IMG/VR virus record: IMGVR_UViG_3300007512_001547
Location: 64,001-128,000 of that record
Source of the DNA: a virus
Length of the DNA: 64,000 nucleotides
Reading direction: 5' to 3' (one strand)
The position numbers and the translations under genes are program-made. Under the pieces are notes generated by a model, which saw only the letters and a program-made list of their open reading frames with translations, was not told where the DNA came from and did no database searches. This document shows positions 18,232 to 28,975 of this stretch, one piece after another (positions within the stretch are counted from its first letter, which is position 1; every line of letters begins with the position of its first letter).

Positions 18232-18969
18232 ATGATAGATATCTTGAAAGACATTGTCAAGCATACGCATGGCTTGGGATTTTTAGATCTTGTTAAAATT
18301 ACTGGAGACAGTAACGAGACTGTCATTGATTCAATGGCAGAAGACAGATCAGTTATCTTGCAAGGATCTTTTCACAAACCACAATCAGAAATGGTTGGTA
18401 CTTTTGGTATGCCACAGTTAGGCAAACTAGATATTCACTTGAAGTGCCCAGAATATAAAGAAAAAGCAAAAATAACTGTACTCAAAGGAACTAGGAATGG
18501 CGCTGAAGTGCCAACAGGTATTCATTTTGAAAATGAAAAAGGTGACTTTAAGAACGATTACAGATTTATGAATGCTGAAATTATCAACGAGAAACTTAAA
18601 ACAGTTAAATTTAAAGGTGTTAAGTGGGACGTTGAAATTGAACCAAGTGTGGCAAGTGTACAAAGATTTAACTTTCAGTCAGTAGCAAATACAGAACACA
18701 ATTCTTTTGTTGTTAGAACAGAGAATGGTAACCTGGTATTCACATTTGGTGATCAAGCATCACACGGTGGAGAATTTGTTTTTGCAAACGGAATGAATGG
18801 AACTCTAAACAAAGGATGGAGTTGGCCTGTAGCACAGGTATTGCAAATACTGAAACTCTCTGATTCGGCAAAAGTTATGTTGCATTTTTCTAACGAAGGT
18901 GCAATGATGATTTCTGTTGATTCAGGACTTGGCAAGTATCAATATATTATTCCAGCTCAGGCGCAATAA
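18232..18969 (+). CDS. DNA sliding clamp-like processivity factor (gp45-like)
   Basis: About 245 aa with an alternating beta/alpha pattern ending in KYQYIIP; close to the polymerase. Confidence 0.6.
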   Translation: MIDILKDIVKHTHGLGFLDLVKITGDSNETVIDSMAEDRSVILQGSFHKPQSEMVGTFGMPQLGKLDIHLKCPEYKEKAKITVLKGTRNGAEVPTGIHFENEKGDFKNDYRFMNAEIINEKLKTVKFKGVKWDVEIEPSVASVQRFNFQSVANTEHNSFVVRTENGNLVFTFGDQASHGGEFVFANGMNGTLNKGWSWPVAQVLQILKLSDSAKVMLHFSNEGAMMISVDSGLGKYQYIIPAQAQ

Positions 18970-20420
18970 TGACAGAAAATAAAAGGCAAGAACATTTAGG
19001 AGATTTTAATCGAAATTTTGCAGTGTTCTTGCCTGCTATTTCCAATTTTTTTAATACATTCATTTCCAGACAAAGAGTTACTAAAGGTACTCATATTCCA
19101 ACAGAAAGAATTCCAAAAGGTTTAGACAGAGGAGTTGAAGGTTTAAACTTTATTAATCCAGACGAAGGTTACTTTACATATCCAACTGCATTATATTCAG
19201 CAGGACACGCTTGTTTAGATATGGATAAAGTTACAGACAGAGATTCTATGTGTGTTAATAGAGATCGAAAATTTAGTACAATAGTAGGCGACTCTGGTGG
19301 ATATCAGATAGCAAAAGGTGTTATACAATTTGATTGGAAAGATTTTGAAGGTAACAAAGCAAATAAAGTTAGATCTAACATATTAAATTGGTTAGAACTT
19401 ATTGCAGACTGGTCAATGACATTAGATGTACCTACATGGGCGGCAGATGATTTAAACAGAGGCAAATCAGGATTAAACAGTTTCCAAGATTGTTTAGATG
19501 CTACAAAATTTAATAATGATTATTTCCAAAAAAATAGATTAGGACAAACAAAATTTTTAAATGTACTACAAGGTGATGATTGGGAGACTGGAACAATTTG
19601 GTATGATCAAATGAAAAAATACGAGTTTGAAGGTTGGGCATTTGGTGGTATTAATATGTGTGATATGGAAATACTACTTAAAAGACTAATTGTAATGAGA
19701 GATGAAAAGCAATTAGATGGCAAAGATTGGATTCACGTATTAGGAACATCACAATTAGATTGGGCTTGTTTCTTAACTGCAATACAAAGACAACTAAGAA
19801 AACATATCAATCCAAACGTTACAATAAGTTTTGATTCAGCATCTGCATTTTTATCAACTGCAAACGGTTTAGTTTATACACAAAATACATTTACTCCAAG
19901 TAGATTCTCATTTATTATGGATAAAGCACCAGATGACAAAAAAATGAAAGGTTCAGATATACCTTTTCCATTCCACAGTCAAATTGGAGATAGATTAACA
20001 ATGGGAGATGTTTGTTGGTATGGCGAAGGCGACCTAAATAAAAACAACAAAGAAGGTGCAACTTCTTGGGATAGTTTTAGTTATTGTTTAATGATGTCTC
20101 ACAATGTTTACAATCAAATCAAAGCAGTACAAGTAGCAAATGATTTAAACGATATTGAAAGTATAAAATATAAACCACAAGTAGGGCATTGGCGAAAAAC
20201 AAAAGGATCAGATACAACCGATGAAATGAGTAATTTTGTTCCAAGAAATATATTATATTTCAATACACTTGTAGAAGAAGTATTCACATCAGAGAATCCC
20301 ATGGAAGTTATCAATAATGCTAGACCATTTTTAGCAGATATAAGAGGAACACGTTGGGCAAGACATACAGGTGGTGGTAAAGGTAAAAACAACTTTAGTT
20401 CATTATTTGAAGGAGGATAA
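18969..20420 (+). CDS. dpdA: tRNA-guanine transglycosylase-like protein (DpdA-type DNA 7-deazaguanine insertase candidate)
   Basis: GDSGGYQ, TLDVP, VLQG, AFGG, HVLG and SFDSAS reproduce the TGT catalytic and substrate-binding residues. Confidence 0.75.
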   Translation: MTENKRQEHLGDFNRNFAVFLPAISNFFNTFISRQRVTKGTHIPTERIPKGLDRGVEGLNFINPDEGYFTYPTALYSAGHACLDMDKVTDRDSMCVNRDRKFSTIVGDSGGYQIAKGVIQFDWKDFEGNKANKVRSNILNWLELIADWSMTLDVPTWAADDLNRGKSGLNSFQDCLDATKFNNDYFQKNRLGQTKFLNVLQGDDWETGTIWYDQMKKYEFEGWAFGGINMCDMEILLKRLIVMRDEKQLDGKDWIHVLGTSQLDWACFLTAIQRQLRKHINPNVTISFDSASAFLSTANGLVYTQNTFTPSRFSFIMDKAPDDKKMKGSDIPFPFHSQIGDRLTMGDVCWYGEGDLNKNNKEGATSWDSFSYCLMMSHNVYNQIKAVQVANDLNDIESIKYKPQVGHWRKTKGSDTTDEMSNFVPRNILYFNTLVEEVFTSENPMEVINNARPFLADIRGTRWARHTGGGKGKNNFSSLFEGG

Positions 20421-21592
20421 TGCAAGATAATTTTTGCGTAATGCCGTTTGTACACGCATTTGTTACACCTAACATCATAAGTCCTTGTTGTGCCTATACT
20501 ACACCACTCAAATTTAATTCAAAAAAACAATATTGGGCTTCTGAACAACTCAAAACAATTCAACAAAATATGTTGAGCAACACACGTGACGCAGGTTGCA
20601 GAGTTTGTTGGAAAAAAGAAGACAGAGGGTATAGCAGTTTAAGACAACATAGTAATCAAATTTACAAAGAACACATAGACTCAATTAAAAGCAACAGTAT
20701 TGATAAGCAACCATACTATCTTGATTTACGTTTAGGAAACTTATGTAACCTTAAATGTAGAATGTGTGTAAGTGAATGGAGCAGTCAAATTGCAGGAGAG
20801 ATATTAGATAATCCTAATGAAGACTGGATAGACACACCTAAACAAAAAATAATTGAATTGGACGACGACTCATGGAAACTATTAGATAATTGGATTCCGT
20901 TTGTAAGACGTGTGTTCATGACTGGCGGAGAACCAACAATTATAAAACGTAACTTAGATTATATTGATAAAATTGTAGAATCAGGATATAGTAAAAATGT
21001 TGAACTTATTTTTACAACAAACGCCACAAATATAAATCAAAAATTTATAGAAATTAGTAAGAAATTTAAGAGTGTTAGTTTTAATGTATCAATAGATGCA
21101 GTTGGTAATTTAGCAAATTATATTAGACATCCTAGTAATTGGAAAACTATTAAAAATAATTTACAAAACATTAATAAAAACGGTGTTGGAGTATCTTTTA
21201 ACACAACTATACAATGGTTAAACATGACAAGATTAAATGAGATATTTGATTACATTGAAAATTGCAATATTGATTTTGGTGGTATTTGGTTTCAATTGGT
21301 TACTGATCCATATTATCTTGATTCAATATATGCTCCAAATTTTATGAAAAAAAAATGTATTAACGATATAGAAGAATTTTTACATAGACCTTTTTTAAAT
21401 AATCCAAAATTTAATAACATTCTTTTTGGTGAATTAAAGCAAAGTCTAATACAAACAAAGAACTTTTTGAGTAAAAACTTTAACAATGTAAAATATACAG
21501 ATGAGTTTTTAAAAAGGATGGAAATACTTGATAGATTAAGAAACCAAAATCTATTTGAGGTATTACCAGAATTAAAACAGATAGGAGAATAA
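20420..21592 (+). CDS. Twitch/SPASM radical SAM protein (paralog 2)
   Basis: FCVMPF..PCC..CRVCW, CNLKCRMC and TGGEP. Confidence 0.88.
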   Translation: MQDNFCVMPFVHAFVTPNIISPCCAYTTPLKFNSKKQYWASEQLKTIQQNMLSNTRDAGCRVCWKKEDRGYSSLRQHSNQIYKEHIDSIKSNSIDKQPYYLDLRLGNLCNLKCRMCVSEWSSQIAGEILDNPNEDWIDTPKQKIIELDDDSWKLLDNWIPFVRRVFMTGGEPTIIKRNLDYIDKIVESGYSKNVELIFTTNATNINQKFIEISKKFKSVSFNVSIDAVGNLANYIRHPSNWKTIKNNLQNINKNGVGVSFNTTIQWLNMTRLNEIFDYIENCNIDFGGIWFQLVTDPYYLDSIYAPNFMKKKCINDIEEFLHRPFLNNPKFNNILFGELKQSLIQTKNFLSKNFNNVKYTDEFLKRMEILDRLRNQNLFEVLPELKQIGE

Positions 21593-21593
21593 A

Positions 21594-21791
21594 ATGGCTG
21601 GTAAAAACAAAAAATTAAAAAAATTACAAGATCATCATGATTACCTAAATCGAAAGGTAGATGACCTTACCAAAGACAGAAAAAAAGATAGAAGTGATGA
21701 AAGCAAACAACTTTTAATGCGTTTGAAAAAAACCAAACTTGCGATAAAAGATGCAATCGCTAAAACCAAACAAACATTGACAAAATCTTAG
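21594..21791 (+). CDS. DUF465/YdcH-like coiled-coil protein
   Basis: HDYLNRKVDDL...LKKTKLAIKDAI pattern. Confidence 0.6.
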   Translation: MAGKNKKLKKLQDHHDYLNRKVDDLTKDRKKDRSDESKQLLMRLKKTKLAIKDAIAKTKQTLTKS

Positions 21792-21804
21792 GATATGCTA
21801 TAAT
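21777..21804 (+). promoter_or_regulatory. strong sigma70 promoter (extended -10)
   Basis: TTGACA-16 bp-TATAAT preceded by TGn; in-frame ATG at 21812 is 7 nt downstream. Confidence 0.7.
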
Positions 21805-22348
21805 GTTAACAATGAAAAGAACTTATGCAACAGGTATAAAAAAAGATGTTACTGTGTTTTCTGGATTGGAAATTGAGCATACGCCTGCATATGGCTTACA
21901 AACACTATTCATTGCTCGTAATGATTTAACATTTGATCAAATACAAGAAATGGCTGTAATAACCAATGCTGAAGCAATTTATTATGGTGCAAATAGAAGT
22001 TATATGCACAATCAGTATATGCAAGTAGCACAAATTATGAAATTTTTAGAACACGGTTATTATGTAACTGTGGAATATCCTTTTGAATTACACCAAATGG
22101 TTGGACAAAAATTTGCATTAGTTTGGAAACATCCAAAATTTATTCCGTTCTGTTCAATTATAATGCCAGATTCAGAAGAAGACTCATCGCTATGTTTTAA
22201 AATTGACGATATTGATTTTAACAAAACTAATCCCGGTGTATGGACAATGAGTATGAAAGATTTTAAAGATAAAGCAGGATTTACTAAATGGGATCAATAT
22301 ATAAAAGATGAACCAATAGAAGAGAACAAAATATGGTCAATGAAGTAG
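21803..22348 (+). CDS. hypothetical protein (likely start 21812)
   Basis: First gene behind the promoter; overlaps the T-fold gene. Confidence 0.7.
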   Translation: MLTMKRTYATGIKKDVTVFSGLEIEHTPAYGLQTLFIARNDLTFDQIQEMAVITNAEAIYYGANRSYMHNQYMQVAQIMKFLEHGYYVTVEYPFELHQMVGQKFALVWKHPKFIPFCSIIMPDSEEDSSLCFKIDDIDFNKTNPGVWTMSMKDFKDKAGFTKWDQYIKDEPIEENKIWSMK

Positions 22349-22770
22349 AAGAAAGAAGAGATCAAGCATTAACGGAAAACTTGAGTAAAGCAAGTAAAAT
22401 GATATGGGTTACTTTCCGTAAGGAAGGTATGCACAAATACCCAGCGGCATTAGAAGATCCAAAATTAAAAACAGGTGATGAATATGATGTATCGTTTTTA
22501 GGATACCCACATAGACATACGTTCCATTTTAAAGTTGCAATAGAAGTATTCCACGACGATAGAGATATTGAATTTATACAATTTCAAAGATGGATTTTAA
22601 GTTTATATAGTCAAGGTACATTACAAAACGACTTTAAAAGTTGTGAAATGATGTCAGATGATTTATACATTCAAATAACAAAAAAATATCCTGGCAGAAA
22701 AATTGAAATAGATGTTTCTGAAGATGGAGAAAACGGATCACACGCAGTATATGAAAGAAATAACGTTTAA
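22333..22770 (+). CDS. T-fold QueD-like protein; matches DpdL-type (CDG decarboxylase) signature
   Basis: LGYPHRHTF fits LxxxHRHxF; RDIEFI, SCEM and VSEDGENG. It lacks the canonical QueD CxxxHGH. Confidence 0.65.
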   Translation: MVNEVEERRDQALTENLSKASKMIWVTFRKEGMHKYPAALEDPKLKTGDEYDVSFLGYPHRHTFHFKVAIEVFHDDRDIEFIQFQRWILSLYSQGTLQNDFKSCEMMSDDLYIQITKKYPGRKIEIDVSEDGENGSHAVYERNNV

Positions 22771-23071
22771 AGAAAAAAGAGCAACAACAAGAATGGGTTA
22801 CCTACCAATTGGTGGAGGTGGACTTAATGCTTCATATACTTTTGTTGATGCAGTAGCAAATATATGCACTACCGCAGGTAATTTAGGTATGAAATATGGC
22901 AAAGATTTCATTTGGGCATATCACGGATATGACAATGAAGACGATGACTGTGTTACATTAATGGTGAAAGAAGACAAGTATGAAACTTTTTTACATTTAG
23001 CACTACAAAACTCACACAGAATTAAACACACCGTTAACGGCACAATCAAACTAACAAAGGAGAGAGCATGA
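22751..23071 (+). CDS. hypothetical protein
   Basis: Start adjusted to MKEITFKE to reduce the overlap. Confidence 0.6.
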   Translation: MKEITFKEKRATTRMGYLPIGGGGLNASYTFVDAVANICTTAGNLGMKYGKDFIWAYHGYDNEDDDCVTLMVKEDKYETFLHLALQNSHRIKHTVNGTIKLTKERA

Positions 23072-23307
23072 CTAAACTATACGAAGTGAAGATAGAACTT
23101 ACTGAAAAAATTAAGACACACAAAACCGAGTACATAAAAGCAGAATCAAAACATGAAGCGATGGAGAAGGTCGAAGGATTCGTTACAGACCAATATGTCA
23201 AAGATAACGACTTCAACTACACTGACGCCAATGCCATCAGCGCCAAACCAATCAGTGAGAGGGACTTCTCAAATGACAGGATCGGACTGCCATCAGACAA
23301 CACATAA
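23068..23307 (+). CDS. hypothetical protein
   Basis: AGGAGA SD; ATGA coupling. Confidence 0.6.
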   Translation: MTKLYEVKIELTEKIKTHKTEYIKAESKHEAMEKVEGFVTDQYVKDNDFNYTDANAISAKPISERDFSNDRIGLPSDNT

Positions 23308-23316
23308 GGAGGCAAG

Positions 23317-23847
23317 ATGAGAGTACCATATGTAAATTTTAAAACAAGAATAGGCGATAACGACGCAGTAGGTGGTTGTACATTTATTGGAGGTGAATGG
23401 AAAGAAGTAGATACTACAGAAATATTTGACAATAAAAAAGTCGTTGTATTTGCACTTCCAGGAGCATTTACACCAACTTGTTCATCACAACAAGTACCAG
23501 GATATGAAAAAATGTATGATGAAATTAAAGCACAAGGTATAGATGAAGTTTATTGCTTATCAGTAAATGATGCATTTGTAATGAATGCTTGGTTTAAAGA
23601 TGAAAAAATTACAAAAGTTAAACCAATCGGCGATGGTGAAGGTGCATTTACACAAGGTATGGGTATGCTTGTGAATAAACCTGGACAAGGTTTTGGCATG
23701 AGGTCTTGGAGATACTCAATGCTTGTTGATAACGGAGAAGTTGTTAAACAATTTATTGAACCGGGTAAAAACGACGCTAGTGATGACAACGATCCGTTTG
23801 AGGTTTCTGACGCTAAAACAATGTTAAATTATTTGAAGGGTGCATAA
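23317..23847 (+). CDS. peroxiredoxin (Prx5/Redoxin family)
   Basis: LPGAFTPTCS peroxidatic motif, SVNDAFVM and RSWRYSM. Confidence 0.92.
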   Translation: MRVPYVNFKTRIGDNDAVGGCTFIGGEWKEVDTTEIFDNKKVVVFALPGAFTPTCSSQQVPGYEKMYDEIKAQGIDEVYCLSVNDAFVMNAWFKDEKITKVKPIGDGEGAFTQGMGMLVNKPGQGFGMRSWRYSMLVDNGEVVKQFIEPGKNDASDDNDPFEVSDAKTMLNYLKGA

Positions 23848-23865
23848 GTCATCTAAATAACATGA

Positions 23866-25020
23866 ATGTCACGAAAAATACTAGAAAAAAATTTCTGTGT
23901 ATTACCTTGGACAGGTTTTGAACTAGAACCTGACGGTGTAGTAAAAAACTGCATTATCTCAAAAGAAACTATTGGCAACATACATCAAAATAGCATAGAA
24001 GATATTCTTCAATCAGAAAAGAATCTTGAGATTAAAGCTCAAATGCTAAACAAAGAATTCCCAAATAATTGTGCAGGTTGTTATTTTCAAGAAAAAGATC
24101 GTGCAACAAATTTTGAAAGTATTAGTAGTAGACTATATTATGCAAAAGAATTAGGCCCACACATTGACAATAAATTACTAGACAAAAAAGATAACTTTGA
24201 TTTAAGTCATGTTGATCTCAGATGGAATAATAAATGCAATCAGGCCTGTGTTTATTGTTACCCAGAATACAGTAGTAAATGGGCACAAGAATTAAACATT
24301 AAACAAGAGTTTGAAAAAGGAAATGTTGAAAAAGTAAAACAATATGTCTTTAAAAATATTAAAAAATTAAAAAACATCTATCTTGCTGGTGGTGAACCTT
24401 TACTTATAAACGAAAATCGTGAATTTTTAAAATTATTATTAGAACAAAATCCAGATGTACATATAAGAGTAAACACAAATTTAAGTTCAACAAAAACTGG
24501 AGTATTTGAATTATTGTGTAAATTTAAAAATGTCCATTGGACGGTAAGTGTTGAATCCATGGATAAGGAATATGAATATATTAGATACCATAGTTCATGG
24601 AAAGACTTTATAAAAAATCTAAAATACATACAAACACTTAATCATAAAATTAGTTTTAATATGTTGTATTTCATTTTAAACTACAAAAGCATATTTGATT
24701 GCATTGATTACTTTAAATCGATAGGATTTCACAATAATAGTTTTATAATAGGACCATTATATACACCATTGTTTTTAAATGTTAGACATTTACCAAAAAA
24801 TATAAAAGAAGAAGTTATTACTATGTTTGAAAACAAAATTGCTGAACAACCAGGATTTTACCTACAAAATAGTTTGGAAAATTGCTTAAAGTATTTGACT
24901 GAAAATGGTTTTAATGCTAATATAGAACTAACAAGACAAAACATTAAAAAAATGGATTTAAGAAGAAAATTAGATAGCGAAAAAGTATTTCCAGAATTAT
25001 ACAAAGAGGTACTAAATTGA
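23866..25020 (+). CDS. Twitch/SPASM radical SAM protein (paralog 3)
   Basis: FCVLPW..NC..CAGCY, CNQACVYC and AGGEP. Confidence 0.88.
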   Translation: MSRKILEKNFCVLPWTGFELEPDGVVKNCIISKETIGNIHQNSIEDILQSEKNLEIKAQMLNKEFPNNCAGCYFQEKDRATNFESISSRLYYAKELGPHIDNKLLDKKDNFDLSHVDLRWNNKCNQACVYCYPEYSSKWAQELNIKQEFEKGNVEKVKQYVFKNIKKLKNIYLAGGEPLLINENREFLKLLLEQNPDVHIRVNTNLSSTKTGVFELLCKFKNVHWTVSVESMDKEYEYIRYHSSWKDFIKNLKYIQTLNHKISFNMLYFILNYKSIFDCIDYFKSIGFHNNSFIIGPLYTPLFLNVRHLPKNIKEEVITMFENKIAEQPGFYLQNSLENCLKYLTENGFNANIELTRQNIKKMDLRRKLDSEKVFPELYKEVLN

Positions 25021-26192
25021 AAATATTTTACATGGGTTTAGAACCCTATGAAGGACGATATACATTACAATTAACAGAATGGACTAAACGTGTTTATAAA
25101 AAACGTGATATTGACTATGTGATTGTTCCAGGTACTACTATTGACGATTCAAAAGCAATAGTAACAGGACAAGTTTTAGATGCACATGGCAGAAGTTATT
25201 TTGGTATGAGCCAAATGATGAATCTTGTACAAATGATGAAAGCTGGCGAAGTTACTTCCGAGGATATAATATTTTTTGAGGATATGTTCCAACCAGGAAT
25301 GGAATCTCTTCCATATATTTTACACCAAGTTGACAAAGAGCATATGCCAACAATATATTTGAGATGTTTAGCACAGGCAATTGATCCTGATGACTTTGTA
25401 CACGTTTGGGGAATGAGCAAATGGATGAGTTTATATGAACAGATGTGTAATGAAATTCCAAATGTCAATATACTTGCAACAAACGAAGAAATGGTTGCAC
25501 ATATGCGTATAGCAAACTGGAAAGCACCTATATACAATATATCTGGTTTAAGTTTTGGCAAAGAAGAAGTACAAGAAAGAGTTCCTAATAGAAAAGCATT
25601 TAATGATAGAAAAATGAGAGTAATATTTGGAGCAAGATGGGATCAAGAAAAACAACCAGGATTTTTTATGGATATGATTGATCACTGGAAAGCAAATCCA
25701 AAATTACCAGAAGTAGAATTTGCAATATGTTGTGGCGGTCCTTTAAGAAGTAATAACACTTCTTATGTAAACAGAGCAAGAATAATGGAACAAGACGGTA
25801 CATTAAAAATATATGAAAATTTAAAAAAGAATGAATACTACAACATACTTGCAGATTCAAGAGTATTGTTTAATTGTGCATTACAAGATTGGACATCCAA
25901 TACAGTATCAGAAGCAGACTCATTAGGCACAAACGTATTGTTTCCAGCATACAGAACATTTCCAGAAGTATTTGCTAACGATGAAACAAGAATGTATATT
26001 CCATGGAGCGGTAGAGACGCAATGGAAAAATTAAAAGTATTATTAATGAAACCATCCCCTAGTATAGGTCAAATATCTGATTGGACAGACGGTACAATAG
26101 ATAGAATGATTGACATTATGACAGGCACGGGAGAACAATGGAGAAGAGATGGAAAACACTACAGAACACCAGTTTCCGAGTCCAAGTATTAA
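25017..26192 (+). CDS. GT-B (GT4-like) glycosyltransferase
   Basis: TTG start; ARWDQEKQP and the LQDWTSNTVSEA (E-x7-E-like) region; FPE. Confidence 0.75.
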   Translation: MKIFYMGLEPYEGRYTLQLTEWTKRVYKKRDIDYVIVPGTTIDDSKAIVTGQVLDAHGRSYFGMSQMMNLVQMMKAGEVTSEDIIFFEDMFQPGMESLPYILHQVDKEHMPTIYLRCLAQAIDPDDFVHVWGMSKWMSLYEQMCNEIPNVNILATNEEMVAHMRIANWKAPIYNISGLSFGKEEVQERVPNRKAFNDRKMRVIFGARWDQEKQPGFFMDMIDHWKANPKLPEVEFAICCGGPLRSNNTSYVNRARIMEQDGTLKIYENLKKNEYYNILADSRVLFNCALQDWTSNTVSEADSLGTNVLFPAYRTFPEVFANDETRMYIPWSGRDAMEKLKVLLMKPSPSIGQISDWTDGTIDRMIDIMTGTGEQWRRDGKHYRTPVSESKY

Positions 26193-27180
26193 CACACTTA
26201 CAAGATCTGTATTAGTTACAGGTGGAGGTGGCTATGTGGGTTCTCACACTTGCAAATTATTATCTAAAAATGGATACGTTCCTGTAACTGTTGATAGACA
26301 TTACAGAGAAGGACTAGTATCGTTTGGGCCAAATTATAATTTACATCTACCACAAGAAATTAATAGATTAGATGAAATTATTAAAAGACATAACATTACA
26401 AGTTGTATACATTTTCTGGCCAGCACATCAGTATCTGAATCTGTTACAAATCCCTCATTATATTATAAAAACAATCTTATAAACACAATTACATTACTAG
26501 ACAAATTAGTTTCTTTAGATATTAAATCATTTGTATATTCTTCTAGTGCGGCAGTTTATGGCAATCCAGGAATGAAACTATGCAAAGAAACAGATCAATG
26601 CAATCCAATTAGTTCTTATGGTGGAAGTAAATTAATGATAGAACAAGTTTTAAAAGATTATCATAGAGCATATGGTATATCATCAGTAGGATTAAGGTAT
26701 TTTAATGCCGCTGGAGCAGACCCAGAAGGAGACGTTGGAGAATTAAGAGAAAAAGAAACACATATAATACCATTAGCCATTAAAGCATCTAGGCAACTAA
26801 AAACATTTAAATTATTTGGTGCAAAATTTCCAACAGAAGATGGCACGTGTGTTAGAGATTATGTTCATGTTATGGACCTTGCAGATGCACACATTAAGGC
26901 TTTAAACTATGCTCATGAAAATAATTGTGCCGATGTTTTTAATTTAGGTTCTGGAGCACCTGTTTCTAATAGAGAATTATTAGATGTTATACAAAAGCAT
27001 ACAGGTAAAATGGATATTAAATTTGAGCCAAGCAGAGCAGGGGATCCTGCATATCTTGTAGCAGATATAACAAAGGTAAAAGAAATATTAAATTGGGAAC
27101 CAACACAAAGTTCAATTGATAATATAGTAGCAACTGCATTAAGATGGTATAATAAGATGCACAAGAAAGATATCCATTAA
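26149..27180 (+). CDS. galE: UDP-glucose 4-epimerase
   Basis: TGGGGYVGSH, SSSAAVYG, YGGSK, RYFNAAGA and CVRDYVHV. Confidence 0.9.
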   Translation: MENTTEHQFPSPSINTLTRSVLVTGGGGYVGSHTCKLLSKNGYVPVTVDRHYREGLVSFGPNYNLHLPQEINRLDEIIKRHNITSCIHFLASTSVSESVTNPSLYYKNNLINTITLLDKLVSLDIKSFVYSSSAAVYGNPGMKLCKETDQCNPISSYGGSKLMIEQVLKDYHRAYGISSVGLRYFNAAGADPEGDVGELREKETHIIPLAIKASRQLKTFKLFGAKFPTEDGTCVRDYVHVMDLADAHIKALNYAHENNCADVFNLGSGAPVSNRELLDVIQKHTGKMDIKFEPSRAGDPAYLVADITKVKEILNWEPTQSSIDNIVATALRWYNKMHKKDIH

Positions 27181-28316
27181 TGGATCCAAAGAAAAAATAC
27201 CATTTATTCAAAACAAATAAAAATTTTTGTGTTGTTCCGTGGACTAATTTTGAAATATACACAAATGGAGATGTTAGAACCTGTTCAATGGGTGGCGAAA
27301 CTTTAGGCAATATTAACAATCAAGATATTGAAGATATTTTACAAAGTGATACTATTAAACGAATTAAATCAAATATGCTAGAAAATAAACCAGATAAAAA
27401 CTGTGTATCATGCTATCACAGATCTATTGAAGATAAAAATTTTTCATATCTACGAGATCATTACAACAAATTACTGGTCAAAGCAGATGTTGATTATGAA
27501 AACATTGAAACTTTTGATATGCACTGTATTGATTTGCATTGGTCTAATATATGTAATTTACGTTGTATAATGTGTAATCCACAACAAAGCAGTTTGATTG
27601 CAAAAGATGAAAAGGAAATTATTACTCCAGTTAATAAAAAAAGTGTAGAAAAAATAATACAAATGACTGTTAAAAATCAAGCAAAAATAAAAGAAATATA
27701 CTTGAGTGGTGGAGAACCATTTTATATTCCTTACAATGTACAACTTTTAAAACAACTGGAAAATAAAGATGTACCATTAAGAATTAATACTAATATGCAA
27801 TGGAAAAAAACAAATCCTTTATTACAAGCATTGAAAAATTTTAATAATGTTCAACTCACAATGAGTGCTGATGCTGTAGGTGATAAATTTAATTATATAA
27901 GAAACGGAGCGGATTGGGACTTGTTTTGTAATAATTTAGAATATATTAAAAACAATACAAATTTTTCAATCAGAGTAAACACAATTTTTAGTATAATCAA
28001 TGCTGATTGTATAGATAATTTAATTAATTATTTTTATAACCAAATGAATATAACTGACATGACTATTAATTTAGTATATGTTCCTAATGCAATGGATCCA
28101 AGAAACTACCCTGCAGGAAAAAAAACAAATATCATATCTAAATTGCAAAAAATTAAAAAAACTATATCTAACGAACACACAAATTTACTTAATAATTTAG
28201 AAAATTGTATCATGCAAATAAGTTTGGAAAATATAAAAGATTATGTTCCTACGTTAGATCATGTTACAAAAAAACATAAAACAAATTGGAGACAAGTATT
28301 TGTAGATTTAGTATGA
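27180..28316 (+). CDS. Twitch/SPASM radical SAM protein (paralog 4)
   Basis: FCVVPW..TC..CVSCY, CNLRCIMC and SGGEP. Confidence 0.88.
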   Translation: MDPKKKYHLFKTNKNFCVVPWTNFEIYTNGDVRTCSMGGETLGNINNQDIEDILQSDTIKRIKSNMLENKPDKNCVSCYHRSIEDKNFSYLRDHYNKLLVKADVDYENIETFDMHCIDLHWSNICNLRCIMCNPQQSSLIAKDEKEIITPVNKKSVEKIIQMTVKNQAKIKEIYLSGGEPFYIPYNVQLLKQLENKDVPLRINTNMQWKKTNPLLQALKNFNNVQLTMSADAVGDKFNYIRNGADWDLFCNNLEYIKNNTNFSIRVNTIFSIINADCIDNLINYFYNQMNITDMTINLVYVPNAMDPRNYPAGKKTNIISKLQKIKKTISNEHTNLLNNLENCIMQISLENIKDYVPTLDHVTKKHKTNWRQVFVDLV

Positions 28317-28924
28317 AGACAGCATTATTAATTGGTTGTGGCGGAAAAAGAGGAGAAGATTTAATAAAAGGTTGCCAACAGGCTGACTTTGACGTAATTA
28401 ATATAGGTTCTAGTGAATCTAAATTAAAAAATGTAGAAAACATTAAGATTGATTGGAGAACCTTTGATATAATACAAATGCATAAAATTTATAAACAACT
28501 GTCTTACAATTTTGACTTTATATTTTTTAATCAAAATTCATCGGCGTTGGCAAAAGAAAATTTTATTAATACAATTAAAACTGTAGATTTATGGAGTTTA
28601 ACTAAGAGCTGGAGTAAAAGTTATTGGTTAAGTTGTCAATTTCCTTTTATAATAATCAAAACACTAGAAGAACAAAATAAGTTAGATAAAAATGCTACTA
28701 TAGGTTGGATGCTGTCTAGTTACATTGATAAAAATGTTAAAGGTGTTGACGACTATGCTGATTACAGTGGTTATAAATTTACAAACTATTTAATAATGAA
28801 AAACTTTAATACAAAATACCAATGTTTTGGTATTAATCCCAAATTTGGTTCTTCTGACTATACAGATTTAATTTATAAAATTTGTAGCAACCAAATTAAA
28901 TGCAATGGACAAATAATTGAATAA
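28313..28924 (+). CDS. SDR-like NAD(P)-binding oxidoreductase
   Basis: LLIGCGGKRG Rossmann loop and YSGYK (YxxxK); start at MKTALL. Confidence 0.55.
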   Translation: MKTALLIGCGGKRGEDLIKGCQQADFDVINIGSSESKLKNVENIKIDWRTFDIIQMHKIYKQLSYNFDFIFFNQNSSALAKENFINTIKTVDLWSLTKSWSKSYWLSCQFPFIIIKTLEEQNKLDKNATIGWMLSSYIDKNVKGVDDYADYSGYKFTNYLIMKNFNTKYQCFGINPKFGSSDYTDLIYKICSNQIKCNGQIIE

Positions 28925-28928
28925 TTGT

Positions 28929-28957
28929 TTGACAAAATGGTGCAACTACTGTAAAAT
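28929..28957 (+). promoter_or_regulatory. sigma70 promoter
   Basis: TTGACA-17 bp-TAAAAT, then an AAGGAG SD before 28976. Confidence 0.65.
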
Positions 28958-28975
28958 AGTATATAAGGAGATACA

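Noticed and set aside
18969-20420. Canonical tRNA queuine transglycosylase (tgt)
   Set aside because: It lacks the zinc-binding CxCxxC and is much diverged. The replication-gene context favours a DNA-acting DpdA type, although this is unproven.
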